This document shows, one piece after another, positions 12,444 to 23,485 of a stretch of 64,000 bases of DNA (within the stretch, counting starts at the first letter, position 1; every line of letters starts with the position of its first letter). Origin of the DNA: Malacoraja senta (taxonomy: Eukaryota); the NCBI GenBank assembly GCA_038087875.1, contig JAXLNO010000065.1, positions 186,001 through 250,000 on the forward strand. The letters run 5' to 3'. Both the position numbers and the translations under genes were made by a program. The notes beneath the pieces are model-generated. The model saw nothing but the letters and a program-made list of their open reading frames with translations, was not told where the DNA came from and did not search any database.

Positions 12444-13831
12444 TGTTAAACTGAGTTCTTTTGTCAATCTAAAGTCAAGAAAACTTGACTCAAACGCTTG
12501 TAGCTGTTGAAATCGATTCTTTATTCAGCTGAGACAAGTCTCTGAACCTTCCAACACAGAGCTGAAAGCTCTGAGGCAGGTCCAGAGAATTAGTGACTTT
12601 GATACAAACTCATGGCATTATATAGGTATTAGACATTTCTGATACAGAGGGTATGACAAACTAATAACCAATCATCTGAGTCCTTCTGGTGATTTACAAC
12701 AGCAGTCACATGATCCCCCCTTCTCTGGCCTCATTTTACAACTTTTGTTTGCCAGTGGTTTAACTTTGTTTAGAATTATTTTATTTCAACACACCAAAAC
12801 CCCAGTAGGCTCAATTATCAAAGACCACTCCTCAAAATGTAAGATACATATGTAATACAATGATCACATAAGTCATACAAACAAAACGCACTTTCCATAC
12901 CAAGAAGAAAGATATTTCTATAAATCTAAACAAGGTCTAATGTTTACAATCCTACTTAGACACACTACATTTCATAAATGGTTTCACTACAATTTTACAC
13001 AGTTTAAAATACTATTACCTATGTATTTAAAATATTAATTATATGTGTTCACCGAATTAAACAGCTTCTAAGTTAAATTCAAAACCCACACACACCTCCC
13101 AACTCCAAGCATACATGGGTCGTAAATCTGTCAACAATTGATGATATGTGTTTTGTGCCAGGATACAGCTTCATTCTAACTTGCAGCCTCCCCTTTTCCT
13201 GCTATCTCTTGGACATGGATTTCCGATCTCATCTGCAAGGCCTTTTACAAATATTACAGAACAAAGGTACATTTACAACATCAGACCATTACCTCAAAAG
13301 TACATCTGCTTCTTCGACTTTCTATAAACAGAAGGAAGGTCACAAATCCATCAATCTGATTTTTCTTCTCGAAGCATCCATCCCTTATCTCAACCTCATT
13401 ATAATTTAACATAGCCAAAGCTAACCACAGTCTATTATCTCTCAGCCTTGAATTCTGTCTCGAACTCAGCATAAACAGCCATAACTCTTCATCTTTATGC
13501 CACACTCAGAGCTCAGGACTGTGCCATAGAGAAAGAGCGGATGACCTCTGGCCTAAGAAGAGGCCCTATTCAGTAATCCATTCTTCAACACAAATTTATA
13601 TCAAATATAATTTCCTCCAGCATTATAATTGCCTCGAAGCAATAAACTAAGCTATGCAGGTTCAGATTAGCGTTTCTATGTTTTGATTCATCTGTTCCCT
13701 GTATGTGTTTCTTTGTACTTTATTTCTTTAGGAGACACGTGTTTCTGAAAACCTTAAGCTTTTCTCTTGCACATTACCTAGCTGATAATAAAGTCACTAT
13801 CCGAGTGGTTATATTATATACTATTTCCTCA
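12444..13831 (-). mobile_element. Solo LTR of an LTR retroelement/ERV, 1388 bp
   Basis: TG...CA termini flanked by a 4-bp TSD GCAT (12440-12443, 13832-13835). Removing it restores the host repeat ...caggtagcat|ctgtggaggg. Minus strand has TATATAA (12624-12618) and AATAAA (12525-12520) in LTR order. Confidence 0.85.
12520..12712 (-). promoter_or_regulatory. LTR core promoter and polyA signal
   Basis: E-box CACATG at 12707-12712, AACCAATCA at 12666-12674, TATATAA at 12624-12618, Inr-like TCACT with A at 12594 (30 nt from TATA), AATAAA at 12525-12520. Confidence 0.7.
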
Positions 13832-15017
13832 GCATCTGTGGAGGGAATTGGGCTGTTGATGTTGTTTTTTCCTTTATTTTCTGTTTTATTTTGCATTTCA
13901 AGCAGCTCCATTATTTTAAATTTGGGAGACATATTTGTTGGTCAAACTGTTGGTCAGACAATAGCATAATTCACAACATTGTTTATTGGTCAGTAGAATC
14001 ATATTGCATGCAACTTATTTGTCAGGGCTACACTCATTGCTTTCATTGTCAGCAGAATTATTCATTGACCTTATTTATCTATTATAAACCCATCTGCCTG
14101 ATCAACGATCAATCAAATCATTCTTCCAAAGTCATCAATATTTCCATCAGATAATAGCTGACTAATTTGTCTTTCTGGCTACTGTATAGCATAGCAGTTC
14201 ATTGGAATAATTATTTATGTTCTGTTATTGATCAACAGAATCAGTTATTCAGTGAAATTAATAACTAAATAGATTTAATTATTTCTGTGTGCACTGGTCA
14301 TTTGAATTTATAGTTGATTTAATTTTTGATTCATCAAATCATACCTCAACCTGGTTATTGGTGGGTAGAAATGATTACTGGTCAGATTGTTGCCAATAAT
14401 TTAATTAGTAATCTGATTAGTGGTCAGAAGTGTCATTCATCAGTCTGAGAAATTGTGAATTACATCATTATCCATCAGTGAATTCATCAATGACCTGCTT
14501 ATATGTCAAAGATTAATTTATTCATCTGAGTACCACGGGTCAAAGGTCAGTCATCAATCTGATTATTGGTTAATTAATTCATGGATTTGATTATTGATTG
14601 GTAAGACGATTAATTGTTTTGAATTTTGGTCAGAGTCATTCTTCTGATTATTGGTTAACAGAATTAATTCATTGATTCAATTGTCGATGGTGGACTCGCT
14701 CATCTTGCTGATTATTGTTGGGTTGTATTATTTATCAATCTAATTATTCGACAAAAAAATCAATTCTATGATTATAAATCGAAATCATTGGTCAATATAA
14801 ATTTTCATTATTGGTCAGCAGAATCATTGATTTTTGGCAACTAATCACCTGATAGATTCATAGTCTTACAGCGTGGAAACAGGCCCAGCGGCTAAACTTG
14901 CCGACATCGACCAACATGTCCCATCGACACCGACCAACATGTCCCACCTGCTTGCATTTGGCATAACATTGTTCTTCAGACAGGTCACTGGTCACTAAAA
15001 TAATTTGTTGATCCATC

Positions 15018-15320
15018 TTTAGAGTTTAGAAATACAATGTGGAAACAAGCCCTTCAGCCCATCGAGCCCGTGCCTACCAGCGATCCCCGTGCACTGGCAC
15101 TATCCTACACACTAGGGACAACTTACAATTTTTACCAAAGCCCATTAACCTACAAACCTGTACATCATGGGAGTGTGGGAGGAAACCGGAGCACCCAGAG
15201 AAAACTCACGCGACCACGGGGAGAATGTACAAACTCCGTACCGACAGCACCCATGGTCACGATCGAACCCAGGTCTCTGACGCCGGAAGGCAGCAACTCT
15301 ACTGCTACACCACCGTGCCG
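15018..15320 (-). mobile_element. V-domain tRNA-derived SINE (HE1-like)
   Basis: Full-length reverse-complement match to the SINE consensus. Confidence 0.9.
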
Positions 15321-16696
15321 CACAAATTTCCTCACTGTCTGATCATTACTGCTGTGTGAGTCATGGTTATTGGTCAGTACGTCAGTGAATGATTTGACTT
15401 GTACTCTGTTAAATCATTCTACAATCTCTGTATTGATCATCGGAATCATTAACTACTGTTATTGTCCATCCGTTGTATATTCATCAATTTGATCCCTGGA
15501 TGGTAGAATCATTCCTGGATTTGCTAAAATGTAAATAGAGGTATCCATCAGCTGAGTATTGGTCAGTACAATCGTTTAATCAATGTGACCAGAAGAAAAA
15601 AAATCATCCTTCTGAATGAAATTATTGATCTGCACGTACATTGGTCAATGGTGTTTTGTTATAAGTATTAGTCAATGGAATAAATAAAGAGATTGTTTTG
15701 CACAGTAAAATCAGATTTATGGTTTGATTATTAATCAGTAGATTGATCTGTGTTGATTATCCATTCACCAGTCTGCCTGTTGGTCAAGAAATGGTTTGCA
15801 CTTTGATCATTAGCTGACTTCTCTGATTGACCATTGGTTAATAGATTCCTTCATTGAATATGATTATTGGTCCAATGATCATTGGGCTGGCTTGACACAT
15901 CGACAGCAAAAGTCCTTCTCTGAGCTAAAATATTGGGCAACATAATTATTCATTGAACTGTGTGGACAGAATCAATCATTGCTCTAATTATCAGTCTGTT
16001 GCATCATTCAACAATCTGATCATCAGCTAACAGAATCATTTTTAGGTCCTCTAAAATGCAGTGATTAATTCTGCTGATTATTGACTGGTACAATCATCAG
16101 TTTGTCTGTTTCATCAGTAGAATCGTGGAACACGATTATTATTGTTGAGTACAATCATTCTTTAGTCTGATTCCGTGTCTGTGGAATCATTAGTCTTGCT
16201 AGTTAGTAGATTCATACTGGTCTGGTCATGATCGATTAGCGAAATTAGTTACCAGTCTGAGTATTCTTCAGTGGAATTGGTCTGACCTCTGGGCAAAATA
16301 TTATTAATTGACCTGTTTATTGATCAGCAGAATAATTTCTTCATCCAATTATTCTCCGTATCATTCTTTACTGGCCTAATTATCAGTTGGCAGATTCATT
16401 GAATAGAATACATACTTGTAAGTTATATTATTCCCCAGCTTGATAATTGGTCAGTGGAATTATTTATCCCTATAATTATCATTCAGGTCCAATTATTATT
16501 TAATAGATTTATTGTTAGGCCTAATAAATAGTTTGTAAAATTAATGATCCCTCTGTTTATTGGTCAGCAAAATAATTAATTTGGTCCAACAAATCTTGAT
16601 GTTTACCATGTTAATTGGAGGTCCTTGAAATCATTCATAGCTCTGGTATTCATTGATTAAATGAATCGGGATGTCCATTGTCTAATTTGGGAATAA

Positions 16697-17150
16697 TGGA
16701 GTCATACACCGCGGAAACAGGGCATTTGGCCTGACTTGCCCACACCGACCAACTACACCGTCTCATCTTACACTAGTCCCACCTGCCTGCATTTGGCCCA
16801 TATCCCCAAAACCTATCCTATCCATGTACCTGCCTGAATAGTTCTTAAATGTTGCGGTATTATCTGCCAGGGTGCAATGAAATCCCATGTTCACATAAAA
16901 CAGAGTAAACAGTATACATACAGTATACATACAATAATAGTCATAGAGCGTGGAAACAGGCCCTTTGGCCCAACTAGCCCACACCTACCATCTGTACTAG
17001 TCCCACCAGCCCGCATGACCCATAACCCTCCAAACCTATCCTACCCATGTACTTATCCAAATGTCTCTTAAACGTAATGATAGTACCTCTCTCCCCTCTA
17101 AATCTCTCCCCCCCCCCCCTCACGTTAAACCTGCATCCTCTCGTTCTTAA
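16697..17150 (-). mobile_element. Two CR1-type 3' fragments
   Basis: Reverse complements of 'tttaagagacatttggataagtacatgg..gagggttatggg' and the tail 'gggccaaagggcctgtttcc'. Confidence 0.7.
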
Positions 17151-17800
17151 ATATGACTTGCTTATAAATATTCTATTCAATAAATGAGTATTAGGGAATT
17201 GAAGAATGTTACTGAAATTAATTGAACCAATAAATTATTCCGCTGATCAATAAATAGGTTGATGAATAATATTTTGCCCATAGGTCAGACTAATGACTAA
17301 TTCCACTGAAGAATACTCATTCCACTGTTTTGCTCATTTGATCTGTTGACAATAGAATCATTCCAATCATCATTCATTAGAACTATTGGTCATTTAAATT
17401 ATTAGCCAGTGGAATTGGTCATCAGTCACTGCTGATCAGTGCAATCTTTTGTCAGTTTCATTTTTCCTTCATTGATCCATTCACCGGCCAGGGCATTTAG
17501 TAGTAACATCATGCACTCATCTTGTGATACATTAGATTTATCCTTAGTAATAAGTAAACATTTAATATTTGTGATCAAAAGCATCACACAAAGAATGTGT
17601 GGCAAAGAATTCTGCAGATTCACCACCCCATCTATTGACAGCCAGATTTCTTCTTCAGTCTGATCTTTGTAGAGGATAGGCTGGTTTTGTTTCCCTGGAA
17701 ATGGGGAAGGCCAAGTGATACGGAATATTGGTAAACAGAATGATGGGGGGATAGGGAGAGTACACTGCAAAATGCTTTTTGTTGGTGGATGTGGGGGAGA

Positions 17801-18168
17801 CGATAGACAATATGTGCAGGAGTAGGCCATTCGGCCCTTTGAGCCAGCACCGCCATTCAATGTGATCATGGCTGATCATCCCCAATCAGTACCCCGTTCC
17901 TGCCTTCTCCCCATATCCCCTGACTCCGCTATTTTTAAGAGCCCTATCTAGCTCTCTCTTGAAAGCATCCAGAGAACCCACCTCCACCACCCTCTGAGGC
18001 AGAGAATTCCACAGACTCTCCACTCTCTGTGAGAAAAAGTGTTTCCTCGTCTCCGTTCTAAATGGCTTACTCCTTATTCTTAAACTGTGGCCCCTGGTTC
18101 TAGACTCCACCAACATCGGGAACATGTTTCCTGCCTCTAGCGTGTCCAAACCCGTAACAATCTTATAT
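17801..18168 (-). mobile_element. CR1-type LINE 3' end, well preserved
   Basis: Minus ORF 17886-18149 (..SRTRGHSLRI..FFSQRVESLWNSLP..AFKRELD..) is the CR1 ORF2 C-terminus. Confidence 0.9.
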
Positions 18169-18251
18169 GGGTTTAAAATGAGTGTAAGTAGATGTTTAGA
18201 TGGGGTCAGAGGAGCTATTTATTCTCGTGGTTGGTCCAGAATATGCTGCCT

Positions 18252-18465
18252 GAAGATAGACACAAAATGCTGGAGTAACTTAGCGGGACAGGCAGCATCT
18301 CTGGAGAGAAGGAATGGGTGATGTTTCGGATCGAGACAAGAAGGGTCTCGACCTAAAATCTCACCCATTCCTTCTCCCCAGAGATGCTGCCTGTCCCGCT
18401 GAGTTACTCCAGCATTTTGTGTCTATCTTCGGTTTAAACCAGCATCTGCAGTTCCTTCCTACACA
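18252..18465. mobile_element. Inverted pair of Penelope-like pseudo-LTRs (long palindrome)
   Basis: gaagatagacacaaaatgctggagtaact... is followed by its near-exact reverse complement ...agttactccagcattttgtgtctatcttc. Confidence 0.8.
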
Positions 18466-18879
18466 TTTCATGCTGCCTAAAGAGTTGGTGTAGGCAGAGA
18501 CTCCTGCAGCTTTTACAGGAACGTAAATTGCCAAGAAGACCACAGCCATATGTAGGTAAATGGGATTAGTATGGAGAGATGCGACAGGTAACATGGACAT
18601 GGTGGGTTGAAGGGCCATTTGCTCGGCAGCATCACTCTATGACAATGTCAACTATTAAACTCTGATAAGTCTGATATTTGGTAAGGAGGGTTGTTAATTG
18701 TACTTTCTTCCACATCACACGATAAGCCACACTTTTGATACTCCATCCCAATCTATCCCATCAATAGTCACCTGAGATGCCATGTGGAGTAATGAGGTAT
18801 CACTTCCAAGTATTCCATAGTTTGGCTATAGATCCATGCAAGTTGTGTAGCATCCATTGGTAGTACAACATCTCTGGCC

Positions 18880-19260
18880 TGTGTTGTCTCTGTTGAGGCC
18901 TGTTTTGAAGGAGGCCAAAGCCGAAGATCTGTATGTCAGTGATTAGCTATTTTTTCATTCAGCAGTTGCTTCCATCTACATGACGGTTATCAATTCCTAA
19001 TATAGATGTCGTTAATTGAAATGTTTTTGTCAAGACTTTGAGATACTGGTGTTATCCGCCATTTATATTTTGTTTTATGGAAGACTTTGGAATTCTGGGG
19101 TTTGAAATGGCAGATGTGACCAGAACCTTTAGCCACGTGGCTATGATAAACTTGATATTGGCCATTTTACACACAGTGGCACTTCGCTGTGCGTTGGTGA
19201 TCTTTGCTTGGTAGCTGCAGGAACATAACCATATTCTACAGCAGAGCATGAAGGAGAGTA
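18880..19260 (-). mobile_element. Ancient RTE-clade LINE C-terminal remnant
   Basis: Minus translation ..WLK....NPRIPK.. resembles the RTE LRWxGHV.RM...RxPK block. Strongly decayed. Confidence 0.35.
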
Positions 19261-21844
19261 ATGCAGCCTGATCACTAGTGAGTGGGACCACACATCAGTC
19301 TCATTATTAATCAGTAGGTCCTATGTATCGGTCAGTAAAATCATTGACATTTCTGATTAAAGGTCAGTTGAGTCATTAATGAAATGATACTTGTGTAGGA
19401 AGAAACTACAGATGCTGGTTTACACCGAAGATGGACACAAAATGCTGGAGTAACTCAGTGGGTCAGGCAGCATCTCTGGAGAACAGGAATTGGTGACATT
19501 TCAGAAAGGTCTCAAACCGAAACATCACCTATTCCTTTTCTCCATAGAATGATACTTGCTTAGATGAATTAATCTTTGCTTTGTTTGTCAATAGAATCAT
19601 TCAATAATCTGATCTTTAACCAAAAGAATCATTAATCAAACTGATGAATGATCAGCAGATTCATTCATTGGTCCTATTAATGTTAATTTTAGTTATTCGT
19701 CAGGCTGATTATTAGTCAAAGGAATAATTCATAATTGGTTAGTGAAGCAATTTGTCCGTTTTGTGAGAATCATTGAGCAATCTGTATTTTAGTTGGTTGA
19801 ATCATTGATTGATCCATTACTTTTGTTCAATTGAATCATTCATTCATTTGATTTTAAGTTAATAGTATTGCTGTTTGGTCTGAAGCTAGTAGAGCCACTC
19901 ACCTGTCTTATTGTTAATCAGTAGAATCTAATTATTGATCAGTGGGGATTCAATTCCCAGCTCAATTATTAATCTGTTGACCATTGACTCATACTAATTT
20001 GATTATCAGTCTCAATAATAGTCAAGTGATTCACCCCTGGGTCTGATGTTTGGCTGGCAGTGTAATTCTTTGGTCAGGTTATAGACTAGTTGCACTGTTT
20101 ATCAGAAAGATTGTTGCTCAGTACATACATTTACTAGTCTGAATACTGGTCACTATAATCATTGATTGGTCTGATTCTTTGTTAATCTAGTTTTTCATTT
20201 GTCTGTGTTCACCAGTAGAATCCTTTATCAATTTGATCAATGCCATGCTGAAAAAACTTCCATCCATAATTTGCTAGGCTAATTATATTTAAGTAAAACC
20301 ATAATTGTTCTGATTATTGGTGTGAATCCATTCAATGGTCTGATGGTTATTCGATATAATTACGCATCGATCTGATTATATATCAGTGGAATAATACTCT
20401 GGTCCAACTATTTTCATTTAATTCATTCATTAACCTTTTTATTTGTCATTGATTCAGCTCATTAATAATCAGTAATGTTCATTAGTCAATAGAACTCTGT
20501 GATCCTTCATCAGTTACATCAATCGTGATTTGATCATTGGTCAGAATAGTCATTGAACAGTCAAGTTATTGTTGAGTAGAATGATTAATTAGTCTGATTA
20601 TCTGTCAAACATTCATTAAATTGGTCCATGATTATTTTATTTAATCAAAGGCTGTAGGCTTTGCAGGTTGAGCCAGCATTTAATTGCCGATCCCTTATTG
20701 CCCTTGAAAAAGTGGTGGTGAGCTACTTTCTAGAAACACTGCAGTCCTAAATGTTTGGTTGTACCATAATGTTGTTAAACAAAGATTTTGCCACAACAAC
20801 GGTGAAGAAAGGGCAATATCGTACCAAGTCAGGACTGTTGGATGCACAAGGAACTGCATGTGCTGGAGTCTTGAGCAAAGCACAAAGTGCAGGAGTAACT
20901 CAACGGGTTAGGCAGCATCTGTGGAGGACATGGATAGGCAGCTTTTCGGGACCCAACCCAAAACATCGGCTATCCATGTCCTCCACAAATGTTGCCAGAT
21001 CTGCTGAGTTACTCCAGCACTTTTTTTTCAAGCCACGACTATTGTCTGTTGTTCCACAGGTCTGATCATTGGTCAGAAGAAATATGCATTGATATGATTG
21101 TTAATTCTTATTATCTTTCATAGTTCAGTGAATTGTCAATAATATTATTTATTTTACAGTCAGTTGTGCTGCTGGAAGTAACATTTTCATTGTTCCGTTT
21201 TGGTACATTAGTCAATTAAACACTCTTGAGAGGGAAAAATAGGAGTTGAGAGGGAAAACTAGATCAGCCATGATTAAATGACGGAGCAGACTCAATGGGC
21301 TGAATGGCCTAATTCTGCTCTTGCATCTTATGATTCTATGATCTTGACTCTCGGACATTGTCAGTGGAATCATGTATTGCTATGAGCATTACTGAATAGC
21401 ATCATTGATTCCTGACTGATTATTAACTGACTTACTAACTCATTAACCAGACTGATTATTGTGCCTTAAAAACATTTGTTAGTCTTTTCATTAGTCAATG
21501 GAAACATTTGCCAATCTTAGAATTATTCTAATTATTAGAACCGCACCGTGACATGATTACCACTGATTCTCGGTTTCATTTGATTTATGCTTAGATCATT
21601 GAAGCATTGCTCATTGCTTAGTATAATGATTCATTTATCTGATTTATTGGTAAGTTGAATCATTGATCAGTCTGATTTTTGGCCTGGAGAACCTCCTTTT
21701 ATCTGATTGTGGGTTAATAAAATCCTTTCTCATTCCGATTGCTGTCAATGGATGCACTGGTCTGATCTTTGGCCAGCAGAATAGATTCATTATTTGTTCT
21801 GATTACAAATCAGTGAAATGATTCTACATCTAATTGTTAGTCAT

Positions 21845-22200
21845 GCAATTAGCCAGTCTGAATGCTGGCATGTGGAATTAGTTAGTGGTCCGAATGGTGG
21901 CTAGTAGAATTGGCCAATGGTTGAAATGTTGGTCAGTGGGATTACCCAGTGGTCTGAATGCTGTCCAGTGGAATTGACCAGTGGTCTAATCATTGGCCAG
22001 TGAAATTGGCCTTGGTCAGAATGTCAGCCAGTGGAAATAGCCAGTGATTTGAATGTTGGCCAGTGGAAATAGCCAGTGGTCTGAATGTAGGCCAGTTGGA
22101 TTAGCCAGAGTTCCAAATGGTGACAGTGGCATTTGCCGATTGTCTAAATGGTGGCCAGTACAATTAGCCAATGAAGGTGGCCAGTAGAATTAGCCAGTGG
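21845..22200 (+). repeat. GC-richer 32-bp sub-array (CTGAATGTTGGCCAGTGGAATTAGCCAGTGGT), ~11 units
   Basis: Repeated 'ctgaatgttggccagtggaa(a/t)tagccagtggt' units, colinear with the main array consensus. Confidence 0.85.
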
Positions 22201-23485
22201 CATCAGAATGCAGTCTGCTTATTGGGTAGACAAGCAGTGAATTGGTGAAATTATAGTCGGTAATATTAATGTCTTACTCTTCTTATTGCACAGTGAATCA
22301 TTTGACAAATTGTGCAGTCATATGTGGAATCAGAAAGTGATCTGGTTATTGAGATGTAGGATCATTTTTTGGATCTGATCATTTTTCAGTTATGTTATTT
22401 GGCAATCTGTTTACTGGCTCCTGATATCATGTTGATCAATTCATAGTTCAGTAAATTATTTTGCTTTGTGCTGGATAGAATTACTCCATTTTAATTTTAA
22501 ATCAATGTGTATTAATCTATTGGAGACCCTTTTATTTAAAATCAGCGTCACCAATCGTTTTGATTATTGTTCAATAAAATTATTTGTCAGCCTAACACTT
22601 GATAAGTGTGATAATTAATCAGTGTGATCTTCAGTTGGATCATGCATTGTTATATTTATCGATCGGCAGACTAACTTATCAGTCTTCTAGATAGACACAA
22701 TGTAAGAGTAACTCAGCGGGTCAGGCAGCATCTTTGGAGAAAAACAAAAGGTAATGTTTTAGATGGGAACCCTTCTTCAGACTGGGGGATGTTGGTGGGG
22801 AGAGAGTAAACTGTAGGCAAGAAAAAGCCAGAACAAATCGGGGCCAGCAACAGATGACTTCAGGAAGGATGGAGCCGATACCTGTGGAGTCATTTATCAG
22901 CCTACCTAGATATGATTTCTACGTATTAAGCATTAGCTCCTTGGATGTGAGAGCCAGCCACATCACAGCAGTGCCACTGAGCTTGGCCAGCCAGCTCCAC
23001 ATATGGAGCTAGACGTGTCCTTTGGCATTCCCACAAATGCTATACATGAGCTGTAAATGAGTCCCTGGCCTGAAGTGCCTTCAGAAAATCAGCTCTCGTA
23101 TATATGTATTTTTAAAGCTATTTTGTTTCTGTGCATCAATTTTTCAAATAAGATAGGATTTTCACCTGGAGCATTGTGGTCTAACAGTATCAATTAAGAT
23201 GAAATCATTGAGGTACCAAAACTGGGGTGTGATGCCTTGGTGTACTCTCCATGTTTGATCCTTACAAATGTACTAAAACGTTAAGAGTTCTGGAAATTGT
23301 CTCATTGTAAATGACAAAGAATAACGCGGCGTTCTAATTCATATCAGGTGATAGTAATATATTTGACACGTTGATATCACTTTAAATGCAAGCATAAAAG
23401 ACGTGGATTAGGAGCAGGAATCAGCCAATTGGCCCTTTTTGTTTACTCCACTATTCAGTAACGTCTTAACTCATCTGTCTGTAAT

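Larger units (their letters stand above)
555..22685 (+). repeat. Highly diverged ~32-bp tandem array (consensus ~TCTGATTATTGGTCAGTAGAATCATTCATCAA), interrupted by many TEs
   Basis: 32-bp phase is readable at 6964-7059 (tctgattactagtttcaagaatcattcatcaa / tctgattcttgctcaggggaattgttcatcgg / tttgaattttagtcagtagaataatttaatga). Near-identical units occur at 12119-12230. 'tgattattggtca' and 'agaatcattc' recur throughout and stop near 22.7 kb. Confidence 0.85.

Noticed and set aside
555..22685. C/D snoRNA cluster suggested by frequent CTGA and TGATNA words
   Set aside because: The words come from the 32-bp repeat unit; no discrete conserved C/D units with terminal stems or guide sequences were seen.
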